Below, piece by piece: positions 12,911 through 26,740 of a stretch of DNA of 64,000 nucleotides (position 1 is the first letter of the stretch; every line of letters begins with the position of its first letter). Origin of the DNA: Octopus vulgaris. Taxonomy: Eukaryota. The notes beneath the pieces were generated by a model that saw only the letters and a program-made list of their open reading frames with translations, made no database searches and was not told where the DNA came from. The position numbers and the translations under genes were made by a program. The stretch covers positions 75,702,001 to 75,766,000 of the forward strand of contig OX597821.1 of NCBI GenBank assembly GCA_951406725.2, read 5' to 3'.

Positions 12911-14398
12911 CACGAGAATCCTTATTGTTGTGCTTATTGCTCAAGACAAGTCGCAATATGGACAATATGGACAATATGGTTTATAAATCCGATGACATGA
13001 CAACATGAGAAAGTCTGACGAGTTCATTGGGAAGTTGATTGGTCGCCAATAACTCTTGTAGTAGTTTGTGAATGTTCAGTTGGTCATGTAGAGTAATTAG
13101 TGGTACTAATGTCCACGATATGAGTCTGAATTACAGAAATCTGTCTCCTTGCTCCTATTAAGAACGAAATTACAGCTGAAAACTTGACTCGCAAGCAACC
13201 CTTGTCGTATTGGTGGGCGGTGGGTGCAGGGGACAGTGTTTAAGTCATTCGAAGAACAGTTTAGTAAACGCTGTTCACATTATTAAATTCAATTTGCTTC
13301 TCATTAGGGTTCCAGAGAAATCCTTGTTCTGATAAAATCCTAATTGCAACTATTTCAGATCATAAATTCACTGTTTTCAATCCATAAAGTCAATTTGCTA
13401 TAAAAATTATCAATTCATGTAGTTAGGCACTTAACCGAATATCGTACACTCTCTCCTTTTCTCTTCCCTCTCACTTTTTCCTTTCTGTATATCACTCCCC
13501 CTTCTTTCTCGATCTCTTTCTCTCTCTCAGAATAAACACACACATTCACACACACACTCACAAAACTTGTAGAGAAAAAGTACTGTACACTTGCTACACT
13601 TTACGTTGTCACTGGTTCTTAGTTTTGTGTGTTTCTTCAGAAGAGGATCACAGAAGTGTAGATTCGTATTCAGAGGAAAGGCTTCAAGCGAGCTGTTATA
13701 ATTTCATCCTACAAAATCACTTTCAATAAGTGTTAAACATCAATTAACAGTGAATATTCGAATACGTTAACGCGAATAGTTGTTACCAATGCCAAATCTT
13801 ATTCCTTTGTACACACTGAGCAGATACACACGGCCGACAGAAAGACACAAACAATATATTTAATAAACTATATAAACCGAATACATTCTTGATATAGAAT
13901 GAATACCTCATTAAATAGAACAAAATATTTTATAATTAACCATAATTAACAGAATATTTTACAAATGAAAAACTGTATTAAAAATGATCACTGCGGCACG
14001 AAGCGACACAACTTTCAACAAGAGGAATCTGTTCTGAAAGCCAGAGTAATATTTAGATTTATGTGTCGAAACCATTACACGTTCTTGTAGATAAGCCATG
14101 CAACGCATTGACAACAAAGAGACACGAATTTATAGTTTCATAGTGTAGGAACTATACAGGGAAATATTTAACTGTTAAGTCTGTCTCATATAAAAGTTAA
14201 TAAAAGATAGATTATCTGTAGAAGACATATTGATACCCAAATCCAAACCAAAAGTAAATACATAGATATCTGTCACTGGAGATTAAAAACAAATGAAATC
14301 TGATGAAGATATAACTCCCATATAACTCCCTAAAATCTGTTAAGTGCTTAATATGTATATATATATGTATATATATATAAATATATATATATATAAAT

Positions 14399-14465
<67 letters not shown>

Positions 14466-16412
14466 TACACACACACACATACAGTATTATTTGATTTTCT
14501 GTCCGAAGAATTTTGGATATGAAATTTCTTACATTGTAATCCAACATGTACAACTTTGTAATCTCTATTAGTGAATGAAACACATGGAATGGTAAATATA
14601 TATTACCAAAATCTTTCACCATTTCCCGAGACCTATTTTCACTCATATAAATATGTGAGTGTGTGTGTGTATATATATGTATGAGTGTTCGCGGACAAAT
14701 TGAATTTCCTCGAATGATAAAAAATAATCCGCAGCTACTTGATTACTACTCACTCCCACCATTCAGTATGGAAGTAGAAAATGGATATAAACCGACCATC
14801 AGCCTTGCAATAAGTACTTAAACCCACTAATTTAAGTTTCTCAATATATGAAATCTTACCGTAGTTTTATCGATTAATTATTTGCCATTATTTTCCTTGA
14901 ATAATATTTATTTGACACATCACCGTTAATTTTTTCTGGAGTGGGGGAAGTATCAGCTCAAATACATCATAATTTTTAGTCTATCATTTGTAACTAAAGT
15001 GTTTACACTGGGAAACTGACGTGGTCTTTTGGCTCCGAAAAGCTTGCAAGGGTATTTGCCATGAGCATTTGTTGTGAACCTCATAAATTATTTGATTGGC
15101 AGCAAACCACTGAAATTTGCCATTTATTTGGTGCACATGTAGAAATCTGTGTAATGGAGCTCATCATTCTTTTTACTATAGTTTTAATCGGATTTTATAC
15201 CGAGTTACTTAAACTAACGAAACGTTTGCCATTTACAATGATTTCTGCTCGTTAGAGATTATTCATATCAACAATACGACGCTAGGCTGAGTATACTGTC
15301 TGTTAGTACGTCTTAATTTCATGGTCGGAACAAAAGCCATTTTTTTCCTGTTAATTGATTGTGGACTACTGACACATAATCTATCCCTTTAGCTAGCCAA
15401 AAAAAAAAAAAAAAAGAAAATAGAAATGAAAAGAAATAACTTTTTCATTTCTCATTGGGAAACTCAAAAAAATAATATTACAGAAATAATTCACATCAAG
15501 AAGTTTAGGTTACCGAAGCTAAAGCTCGCTCTCTTATCCTCTCTTGTGTTTATAAAAAATATTGGTTTATTATATTTTTTATAGACTCACAAAGATAATG
15601 GTTCTAACTGTGTATAAATAAATGTGAAAATTTGCTTCTATTTACATATATAATTTCGATGTTCTACAGAGACACCTGTTTTCTTTACTGGTTGCAATAA
15701 AACGATGCATTTCAAAGTCCGAATTCCCTTAATGTCAAAAATTTTGAATAATACTTCAACAAATATGCTTTCGGTACCTTTGATTGACAAAAATTCGATG
15801 ATGCTATTTGGCCGGCGACTACGATTACTTTGCATACTAATAAATGACGATCATTAGTGAACTATAAGTGGAATTTAGTTTGAAACTAAGTGAAAGTTCA
15901 CAGTCAATTAGGGAGCTATATATTCTGAGTTCGTTTTCATTTCAATCTAAATATGTTCCGTCGAACATATCAGGAACACCGAGAGAATAAAACGTAAAGG
16001 ATTTCAGACAGTCGAACCCCATCAAGTGAATAGTGATGAAGCTTCATTTTATTCTAATTAAGCATTATGTAAATTTTATTATGCAAAATGGAAATTAATT
16101 GCTGAATTAGCATATATCATTTATACATGAAGAACAATACTTAATTAGTGGCACAAACCCACCAAAATAAGAACCGCTAAATGGTTATTGAATGGTTGTA
16201 AGAATCCAAATGAAGATTCACAATGTTCGTGCTTGGCTGTGTTTGCCTCAATACTTCTGGTCAGCACAACGACATTGAAGGCATTAGGACTATGCTGATA
16301 ACGCTGGATAGGAAATGTCGAATATTCGGTGACGACAGCTTTAAAACAATAAACTATATTAACAATTGCTTCAAATATTTGATCAAGAAATAGCTTTTAA
16401 TAAGTACAAGAA

Positions 16413-16463
<51 letters not shown>
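16413..16463. repeat. (TAG)n microsatellite
   Basis: Seen directly. Confidence 0.95.
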
Positions 16464-18268
16464 ATTAGAGAAAATCAATATTTACTTCAAAATCGCTACG
16501 AGCCTTGTTAATATAGCCTAGATTTGAAATACTACCAAAATGTTTCAAACTTGCTCTATTTCTATTAATAAAATAACATATCCATCCGTTCATATATCTT
16601 GTATGATATTTAATATATTCTTATACGTATTTGTAGTTCAAATATATGCCACTCACCTCTCAGTGTTATTTGTTTCCGTTCATTTGCGAACTCTTTGTGG
16701 AACTGCTACTTGCTATACTCTCATGCTGAGAACGCCTATTGAGACAGAAAAACGTATCCAGAGTTACATCCCTTTGTCTCCAGACAAACCGTCATTTTTA
16801 TGAAGACATATCTATTTTGGAGAATTTCTCATTGATGAGATTATTTTAATTTTTAATTCGTAGTTTGTTCCAATTGACACAAAGCGATCGTTCTTCCATC
16901 CTTCGAAGCGGAGAAAATTTCAGGAAATTAGGGTGCTTGTATGATATTTACTACTCGCTCACATCAATGAGAGGAAATATCTCATGCCATGGAAGTTAGA
17001 AAGATGAGTGCAGGAGCAGGGCTACTTGAATTCTAGTAAACTCAATTCAATGAGTGATGATGCTGATACTAATACCTATGATAAATATCCTTATACTAAC
17101 ATACATGTGAATTCATGTATGTGCGTATGCTTTAATGTTACTGTCTGTGCTTTTGTGGTTTTAGGTTTGTTTTTGTTTTCACAGAAACTGTTTAGCAGAA
17201 TCGCCAAAGCGTTGGATGAAATAAGTTTACAGTCGGTGTACAAATCTTGCTTTGGTCAACTTCTAGGATCGATTAAATGAAATAACCGTCAAGTACAAGA
17301 ATCGATGATATCGACCAATCCCTTCTCCTCAAAACTACTTGCGTTGAATCTAAATGAGAAAGAGTGAAAATTGGCAGAATCGTTTGAGTGTCGGGAAACA
17401 TGCATTACAGCTCTTTACTTTCTGACTTCAAATCTCGCCGAGTTTAAATTTGCAGTAGAATAAAATAGCAGTCAAGTACCGGGGTAGACGGTAACGACAA
17501 ACTCACGATCCTCAAAAATGATTAGTATTGTGCTTAAATTAGAACACATACTATAATCCTCCCCATCATCATCATCATCATCAACAACAAATGCAACAAC
17601 AACAACAACAACAACTACAAAAACATCATCTTCTTTGGCTTCGCATGTGGAATTCCATTTTGGAACATCATTTAGGGAGCTTTTCTTAAATGCATCTTCC
17701 TTTCTGTCGCTGAAATTATGATGAATATTTCGAAGTTATTTTCGCGCTTCCATAGAAATTGTATCACTATGTTTCACTCGCAAAACAGGCGTCCACACTT
17801 TCTAGAGTTTTCGTTTACATCATTTCTGGATAATATAAATTTTTTTGCATTTTTCACAATATGGTCGGTGGATGCTAAAATGGTGGAGTGAATCTAGGAG
17901 AGAACTCTTTGTCTCTTTTCTTTTGTCCCCTGCGTTGGTAATGTCAGCAATAGTAGTCAATCGCTCAGTGTCGAATGTGATGTGGTAGCTACTCCCGACT
18001 AAAGAGTTATAGAATGTAAAAAGAGTAATAGCAGCAACATTACCCCGACGGAGTACATGGGATGATGCGTAATAACAGAAACAAAACCAACAGCTTAAGC
18101 TGCAGCAAAAACAAGAACAACGATGACAGAATACAGCAACAGCAGCAATTGCAGCAGAAGTAACGATAAAAACAGCAGCATCAACAATTACAGCTGCAAC
18201 TTCCAATTATTTTACTACTACAAAAACTTATGCAAAGACAATAAGGATTCAAACAGCAACAATACAAA

Positions 18269-19010
18269 CAAGGACAGCATCAACAACGGTAATGGTGACA
18301 AATCCATAAAGTGGAGGAACATATTGCTTGAAGATGTCACAAACCAATCGAAAAGTTGACGTATCTGAAAATTTTAAGAACGAAATCATTCTCTCTAGAG
18401 GCTGTCAAAAGAGGAAATCTTGTTCAAAATTAAGTAAATTTATTTACAAGAGATTTAAGGCAGCGAGCAAGGAGAAGCGTTAGCAGGTCGGATAAAATGT
18501 TTAGCGGTATTTTTTCCGGCTCTTTACGTCCTGAGTTGAAAATCCGCTGTGCAGTAGCTGTAGTGCAAAAAGATTGTGAAGGAGACTCGTCTGAAAGTTA
18601 TGAAGATTAGCATTTTTCTATGTGGCCAAAAATGATTTAAACAACAACAACAACAAAACAACCAAGGACAGAATCAACAACGGTAATGGCGACAAATCCA
18701 TAAACTGGGGGAACGTTTCGCTTGACCGTGTCACAAACCTATCGAAAATTTGACGTATCTGAAAATTTTAAGAACGAAATCATTCTCTCTAGAGGCTGTC
18801 AAAAGAGGAAATCTTGTTCAAAAATAAGTAAATTTATTTACAAGAGATTTAAGGCAGCGAGCAAGGAGAAGCGTTAGCAGGTCGGATAAAATGTTCCGGC
18901 TCTTTACGTCCTGAGTTGAAAATCCGCTGTGTAGTGGCTGTGGTGCAAAAAGATTGTGAAGGAGATTCGTCTGAAAGTTATGAAGATTAGCATTTTTCTA
19001 TGTGGCCAAA
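18269..19010 (+). repeat. Tandem duplication, ~394-bp period, each unit containing the 5' part of a group M SINE
   Basis: CAAGGACAG...TATGTGGCCAAA occurs at 18269-18630 and 18663-19010; the second copy lacks a short segment around TAGCGGTATTTTT. Confidence 0.92.
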
Positions 19011-19359
19011 CTCTAATAAACTCGTTCAAGTACCATTTGAAAAGTAAAAAGTAAGTTTATTGAAAATTGCGTAAAATGACAAGACTGGTGATTGTAAACG
19101 AACCTGGCTACAATATACGATTCAAAGAGGAAAGAACCCGGATACTTTGGAGATTCCAGAGTAATCTAGACTTTTACTTGGCAATATGGCCCCCAGAATT
19201 ACTCTCGGTGGACTGTTTTCCAGGAATCTTTTGTAATATTTGTTATTGTTGTTGATTTCCTTTTCAGCGGCGTAAGTCCCACATTTTATGTGTCATATTT
19301 CGTCGTTTGATATTTCCCCAGTGTCTTGTGACAAATAAAAGAAATAATTAATATTATTA

Positions 19360-19462
19360 TCCTGCGTTTGTCTTCTTCAGTTTTTGTTTCCATTTCTTTC
19401 CGAGTGTCCTCCCGACACCTAGAGCAATGAAACACATTGTATCCGTAGAGAGGCCATTAAAG
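19360..19462 (-). mobile_element. Diverged 3' UTR fragment related to Dong family A, near (TTA)n tracts
   Basis: CCATTTCTTTCCGAGTGTCCTCCCGACACCTAGAGCAATGAAAC aligns with CCATTTCTTGCCGAGTGTCTTCCCGACTCCTAGGGCAAAGAAAC at 58581. Confidence 0.7.
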
Positions 19463-19510
19463 TAAACACAAGAGTGTTCATTTACAAAATCAAATAAAAT
19501 GTTATTATTA

Positions 19511-19553
<43 letters not shown>

Positions 19554-19579
19554 ATTATTATCATTATTATTAGCAATAG

Positions 19580-19798
19580 CAGGTTAAAGCGCTGGCCGAT
19601 TCGTTAGCACGTCGGAAAAATTGTTTAGGGACATTTCTTCCTTCTTTACATTCTGATTTCAAATTTCGCCGAGGTCAGGTTTACCTTTCAGTATTTTGAG
19701 GTCGATAAAATAAGTACCAGTCCAGAACTGGGTCCGATGTAATCACCTAGCCCTTTCTCACCAGATTTCAAGCGTTGTTTGTGTCTAGAGTAGAAAGA
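19580..19798 (+). mobile_element. Group M SINE, diverged, tail X
   Basis: GTCGATAAAATAAGTACCAG core and CTAGAGTAGAAAG tail. Confidence 0.75.
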
Positions 19799-21028
19799 GT
19801 TATGATTATTGTTAATATTAATATTTGTAATATTTGCAGATGAAATTAACTCGATGAGAAAGAACAATACGAAATTTCTCCTCGCATTTGACCACAAAGG
19901 AATTTGAACGTCAAAAAAAAAAAAGAAAAAGAAAAAGATATATGCATACATAGAAGAAAGAGAGTGAAACAATATAAGCAAAAACATAAACAATATTACG
20001 GAATTGTATTTTGGGGGAAAATATCGGACAGAAGAAAGTATTGAATGAACGAGGGCAGAATAGGAAAAAAACAAAAACAAAAAAGGGCAAAGAGGCAAAA
20101 AAAAAATGAATAAATAAATAGAAAAAATAAAAATAAAAGAAGCTGGAAGACAGGACGAAGAATTGTAAATTGAAAATTGAGTGCAAGAATGTGAAAGTTG
20201 GAAAAATAGAAGAATGGTAAAAAGAGAGAGGGTTGTATGAGAAGCGGAAGAAATAGGAATGGTTAAAAGAAACGTCGCGAATGATATAATGGGAGCAATT
20301 GAGAGGGAAAGATAAGAAAGACGAAAGATGTTGTAGTAAGGAATGGTGAGGGATGGGGAAGGACAATAGGCAAGAGACTTGGGAGAAAGAACATTAGGAA
20401 CGTTGTTAGATCGAATTCTGGTAGAGCAAAGCCAAAACAAGCCAGTTTAATCATTGTGAAGGAAAAACCGTAAATTCTCTAAAATGGACTTTCTCTTTTT
20501 TTTTTATATAAAATCTTTTTTTAATGATAAAAATAAAAAAAAATAAATTAACAAAAATCGATAAATTTAATTCTGCATTTTTCTTATTTTTTATTTTTCA
20601 ATTCTTTTCCTTTTTTATATTTCGATTTCTCTATTTTCAATTCTATTTTTCTGTTTTATATTATTTTAATTTTCTGTGGTGCTTTATGTTTTTTACTGCC
20701 AACTACATGGAAGCTGAGATAGGAGAATTATCATTTCGTCTATTGTACAACAAAATGGTAATACGCACAGAAAATTGGCATTCCCATCATACAATACCAT
20801 AGAAAAACACAAATGCATACACTTACATACACACAAAGCCATGCATATATATGGGCATGTGTGTGTGTCTAAATATATATACATACGTGCATGTAAATAT
20901 ATATATATATATACATAAACAAGTATACATGCACATGTACTTATATATATATGCGTGTTGATATACATTTATATATACACACATACACACACATATATGC
21001 ATATGAACATATACACACACATGTATAA

Positions 21029-21068
<40 letters not shown>

Positions 21069-21349
21069 TGAAGAATGGCAACTTATATGGCCTTATCACA
21101 TGAGAGTAAGAGTTAAAAAATTATCTTACTCATACAGATTTTAATATAGATGAGCCTACATCTTCTCTAATCACATATCTAGACGCGTACGTAAATATAT
21201 ATCTGAAAATAGACACACGCATCTACGTGCATATATCCACCCAGTTACACAAATCTGTCCATACATCTGACACACTCACATATATATATGCTCATATACA
21301 AACATACACATTGATATATATATATATGCACATATACAAACATACACAT

Positions 21350-21407
<58 letters not shown>

Positions 21408-21798
21408 CTACATGTACACACACATATATGCCCATATACACACCTACGCATTGATATATATTTATATCAACATGCACACATACACACACATATATACATA
21501 TATATGCAAGTATAGAAGTATTCAAAACATGTCACCACGCGTATAGATATCTACACTCATTATGCAGTCATATATGTGAAATAAAGACTGATAACGTGTT
21601 TTATTTTCGGAGTTAAATCTATGTAAAATATACACACATGAAAGAAAATGTAACTCGAAATCTGCTGAAGATGCAAAACTGCTTAGCATAGTTTATTATA
21701 GCAATGGGTGTTGACATCTACAACAGCCATAGCAAAAGTTGTATACCAACTTATATCATAGGCACAAGGCCATAAAGTTTATTAAATTAGTGTATATT

Positions 21799-22122
21799 AA
21801 AGACTCCGCCAGTTACGACGATGAGGGTCCCAGCTGATACGATCAACGGAACAGCTTGCTCGTGAAATTAACGTGCAAATGGCTGAGCATTCCACAGACA
21901 CGTGTACCCTTAACGTAGTTCTCGGGGATAATCAGCGTGACACAGAGAGTGACAAGGCTGACCCTTTGAAATACAAGTACAACTCATTTTTGCCAGCTGA
22001 ATGGACTGGAGCAACGTGAAATAAAGTGTCTTGCTCAAAGACACAACGCGTCGCTGGGAATCGAACTCACAACCTTACGATCATGAGCCGAATGCCCTAA
22101 CCACTAAGCCACGCGCCCTCCC
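21799..22122 (-). mobile_element. tRNA-derived SINE, group V, full length with 14-bp TSD
   Basis: Minus strand has box A TGGCTTAGTGG and box B GTTCGATTCCC, then GTGTCTTTGAGCAAGACAC. TSD AAATTAGTGTATAT at 21784-21797 and 22123-22136. Confidence 0.9.
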
Positions 22123-22337
22123 AAATTAGTGTATATATATGTGAGCGGGTTGACGATATTGCATCATTATCTCATTACGAGAGACAAAACACGGAAAGAT
22201 AAGTAGATTAACAGTCAGAATTTGAAGTAAAACAATTACGGCGTGTAACTAAATGTTCCAAGGTATTCCGTCCTCGACCCTCAACTCATTCTGTTAGTCC
22301 ACGGTCTTTTGTTATTTTTGGCTCGCCTCGAACGTAT

Positions 22338-22672
<335 letters not shown>

Positions 22673-22696
22673 ACACAAAGAACAACAGATGCATAG

Positions 22697-23063
22697 TTGG
22701 AGTAAAGATTGTTTGCCAATATAACATGGCAGTCCTGGTTTAAGACGAATGTTGCTGTAATTTAGCCCCAGGAGACATTGTCTCCAGCTGGCTATACGAT
22801 CTGTGTTCTTATATTTTCGAAAAAGGGAATTTAGTATCACCACTCAGCTCAAAACAATATCTGTGTATCGCAATTTCCGGGTTATTTCCCTTCATCAGCA
22901 CAAAATAGCAACAGTATTTTGGAGTAAATATTTTTGCCAATATAACATAGCAGTCGTGGTTTAGGACGATGTCTGCTGGGGCTCATTTACAGCAACATTC
23001 TTCCTAAACCAGCACTGCCATATTATGTTGGCAAACAATCTTTACTCCAAAGTACTGTTGCTG
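22697..23063 (-). mobile_element. Hammerhead-containing element: partial tandem (222-bp period) plus inverted segment, Penelope/retrozyme-like
   Basis: TTGGAGTAAA.ATT.TTTGCCAATATAACAT occurs at 22697 and 22919, with an inverted copy at ~22975-23063. A hammerhead lies between the direct copies. Confidence 0.75.
22862..22902 (-). ncRNA. Minimal type I hammerhead ribozyme motif
   Basis: Minus strand TGTG-CTGATGA-A-GGG(AAATAA)CCC-G-GAAA-TTGCG-ATA-CACA: canonical core, stem I TGTG/CACA, near-palindromic stem III AUUGCGAU, AUA triplet. Confidence 0.75.
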
Positions 23064-23556
23064 AATATCTCTCATTGTGAGATTTATAAATAGTAATTTT
23101 ATAAGATGGATAGTTGGTTCCTACAGATGTTTCAAACGTGCTTTTTATTTTTGAATAGAAGTGTTGCATCATGGTAAAAAAGCCCATTTTCATCACGTTA
23201 ATGCATGAAACAGTTAAAAATTTTGATTATCTCAATAACAAGTATAAAGTGCCATATGACTCTACTGACCAAAATGCGGTCAGGATTCGCTTGAATCCGT
23301 GGGGCAGCTGATGATGGAGGTGTGTTGGATTGCTGTTATGGCTGTTATTGTAAATGTGGAATACTTTGAGATATATATGCTTGTGTGTGTATCTCTGCGT
23401 TTGTTCCCCACACCACTGTAACTTAGCGGTAAGGCAAAGGGGAATGTTAGACTAACCACCAGCGTTATAAAATAAATTCTGGGGACGATTCACTAAATAT
23501 TATTCACAGTACCCCATCCTAGCTGCTGTCTAAAGAGTGAAACAAAAAGGAGATAA

Positions 23557-23622
<66 letters not shown>

Positions 23623-23654
23623 TTTTATTCTTTCTATTTCTTTTACTTGCTTCA

Positions 23655-23843
23655 GTCGCTATGATAGATCGTTAGCCACTACACACATTTTTTCTCTCCT
23701 TGGTTTTTTCTGTGTCACTTTCTGTAGAAGAGCGTAGGCTTGAAATGTAAAAGACTTTTTCTATTCCTCAGCGTTATACTAATACATCTGTTTGTTTTGT
23801 ACACCACCTATCTTCGTCTTTTGTTTTTTTCGTAAACTATCCC
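23655..23843 (+). mobile_element. ~190-bp (TA)n-associated repeat, copy 2 (hammerhead-like motif 23718-23753, decayed)
   Basis: Homologous to 11633-11822. Motif reads CTTT-CTGTAGA-A-GAGC(GTAG)GCTT-GAAA-T-GTA-AAAG, with two CpG-type C>T changes. Confidence 0.75.
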
Positions 23844-23853
23844 TATATTTGTA

Positions 23854-23889
<36 letters not shown>

Positions 23890-23911
23890 TGTATGTATGT
23901 ATGTATGTATG

Positions 23912-23987
<76 letters not shown>

Positions 23988-24737
23988 GGTTATAAGAGGT
24001 AATGGTGTCAATAAGACCCAAAGGTATCAGGTAATGCTGAGTAAGTGGTATGGACAGACCATAGTTAAGCTTCGGTGATTATGCGAATAAGGAGTCCAAC
24101 GTAGGTCATATATGAGCATGTATATATACAATTTATTTTTTCGGAATGAATCATAAACCCTTCGTCCGTGCGTGCAAACACATGAAAGCGAACTGAATAA
24201 AAACCCTTTCCAGATATATGCGCGAGACTATACGCTTATTGCATATTAATTTTATCTAGCGAACATTTAAATCAGTTCAAATCTAATTGGGGCATTGCTG
24301 GCCTGAACAACCATATTTGATTTGATTTAAATGTATGTTTACTTGAAACATTGTTTTCGCGCGCCTCCTACAATAATTTTGTTTTGATATGGAATCAAGT
24401 TAATCGATGGTTAAAGATAAACTTAAAGCGTATCCTTTTATTAGGAATGAACCAGTATTACGAAAAATAACCTAGGGGAAATGACATCATTCTGTATATA
24501 TATACAACATTGGTCAGATTGAGATGTAACGCATCAACAAGAAGGTTTAGCGATGAACTGGTGATAATCTCCAGTGATGATTAATAATTATTTATAATAC
24601 TTCGAGGAGTTGATTTTAAGAACAACACCACATAACATAACTTTGTGTCTGAGGTATGGAGATGAAACTTTCATGTAATGATATCACCTGAAAGAAGCAC
24701 AAATGAATATAAAAGAAGACCATCTGTCTAAAAGAAT

Positions 24738-25136
24738 CTTTTCTACTCTAGGCACAAAACCCGAAATTTTGGTGGAGGGGGCCAGTCAATTAGATCGACT
24801 CCAGTACGCAACTGGTACTTAATTTATCAACCTCGAAAGGGATGAAAGGCAAAGTCAACCTCGGCGGGATTTGAACCCTGAACTTAAAGACAGACAATAT
24901 ACCTACTTCTTTATTGCCCACAAGGGACTAAACACAGAGGGGACAAACAAGGACAGACAAATGGATTAAGTCGATTACATCGACCCCAGTGCGTAACTGT
25001 TACTTAATTTATCGACCCCGAAAGGATGAAAGGCAAAGTCGATCTCGGCGGAATTTGAACTCAGAACATAACGGCAGACAAACTACGGCTACGCATTTCG
25101 CCCGGCGTGCTAATGTATGTGCCAGCTCGCAGCCTT
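24738..25136 (-). mobile_element. Group M SINE dimer: head-core-Y-core-X
   Basis: Two copies of the core (GAAAGGATGAAAGGCAAAGTC) ~185 bp apart. Imperfect TSD TGTCTAAAAGAAT (24725) / TGTCTGAAAGAAT (25137). Confidence 0.9.
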
Positions 25137-26140
25137 TGTCTGAAAGAATGGCTTAAAACTGTAATCAGTAATGAGAAAGAAATATCATCCATGGGGGATC
25201 ATTTGGTCAGGGTTTGAGGAAAAGGACACTCATCAAACCTTGTGAAACAAACTCAAAGTGAAAGATAAAGAACAACATTGGAAGACGATTCTGTCACTGC
25301 TCAGATTTTTTGCGATATACAATCATTCAACCGAAAAATAGGGATGTATAAGTTTAGTTAGGGTGTTTCAGGTAGTGACAAACGGAACATGTTGAATTAT
25401 TAGATTTTCATTGGTCAGTTTTGGCTAAACTGATACATGTTATTACGCATGGTCATTACGCATGCACTTCTTGAGTGGACAGATCTATGAAAAATCGTTA
25501 GTTTCTTGTCCCACGTCCCACGTCCTGTTTGGGAGAGAAGAGAATTATCGTAAAGTTTATAACATAATATACTTGGGTGTGTCTCTAGCAATGATCTATA
25601 ACAGTCGCAACAGAGTCAGTTGTGCGGTCTGCGTTTGAAATACATTTAGTAAGCGTATGTGTATAACCTCTACGAATTATCATTTTTCTTCTCTAACATG
25701 ATGCAACTTTTCTCAATATTTATATTTATTAGATATAAATTAGGAGTACTATTTTCTTCTTTAAAATCTGCACTAAAAGTCCATGTGCCAGCTCCTGGTA
25801 TATCTCAAGGTTATGATTGGTTGCATCTTTCATTACTCTCTTATAAATATTGCTTCAGTAATGAATCGGTTTATCAAACATTGAAAATGATCATTGTTTG
25901 TACTTGCGAAGCCTAAACCCTGATGAGGATGAAAGGCCAATACTTGTTTTATCAAACAGAGAGCCGCATTTATAATAAAGTTAATATCATCCTGTTTTTT
26001 CCATCTATTTCATCTTCCTTTTTTGAATTTGCAAACCCAATCTCCATAATTTTTTCGAGAAACAATTGAAATGTGTCAAGGAAAATCTTCCTCATCATTT
26101 TGTACGTTTTACATTTGTCGTGATTTCCAGTTCCCTTTCA

Positions 26141-26406
26141 CTTTTGCTTGTTTCAGTCATTTGACTGTGGCCTTGCTGGAGCACCGCCTTTAGTCGAGCA
26201 AATCGACCCCAGGACTTATACTTTGTAAGCCCAGTACTTATACTATCTGTCTCTTTTGCCGAACCGCTAAGTTACGGAGACGTAAACACACCAGCATCGG
26301 TTGTCAAGCGATGTTGGGGGGACAAAAACAGACACGCAAACATACGCACACACATACATACATACATATATACATACATACATACATACATACATACATA
26401 CATACA

Positions 26407-26477
<71 letters not shown>

Positions 26478-26646
26478 TTACATATATATGACGGCCTTCT
26501 TTCAGTTTCCGTCTACCAAATCCACTCACAAGACTTTGGTCGACCCGAGGCTATAGTAGAAGACACTTGCCGAAGGTGCCATGCAGTGGGAATGAACCTG
26601 GAACCATGTGGTTGTTATGCAAGCTACTTACCACACAGCCACTCCT
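26141..26646 (-). mobile_element. CORE-like SINE (group C), full length, internal (TACA)n(TA)n
   Basis: tRNA-like head GGAGTGGCTGTGTGGTAAG, CORE-like GCACCTT(C/G)GGCAAGTG, internal microsatellite and 3' CAGTCAAATGACTGAAAC hairpin. Confidence 0.92.
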
Positions 26647-26740
26647 TTCCTTTAAGAAAGTCCGTAGAATCAGTTTTTGTATCGTTTAAGCATCTGACAA
26701 GAAAACCAAGTGGCACGGAAATATTGCCGTGCTACAGGTA

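Noticed and set aside
19688-20440. 250-aa hydrophobic ORF
   Set aside because: Reverse complement of an A/G-rich low-complexity tract, overlapping a SINE.
22060-22122. tRNA gene-like sequence with boxes A and B (also other SINE heads)
   Set aside because: Continues into a SINE body bounded by a TSD; no complete acceptor stem.
25919-25945. CTGATGAGGATGAAAGGCC as a hammerhead
   Set aside because: No stem II closing before a GAAA and no stem I partner.
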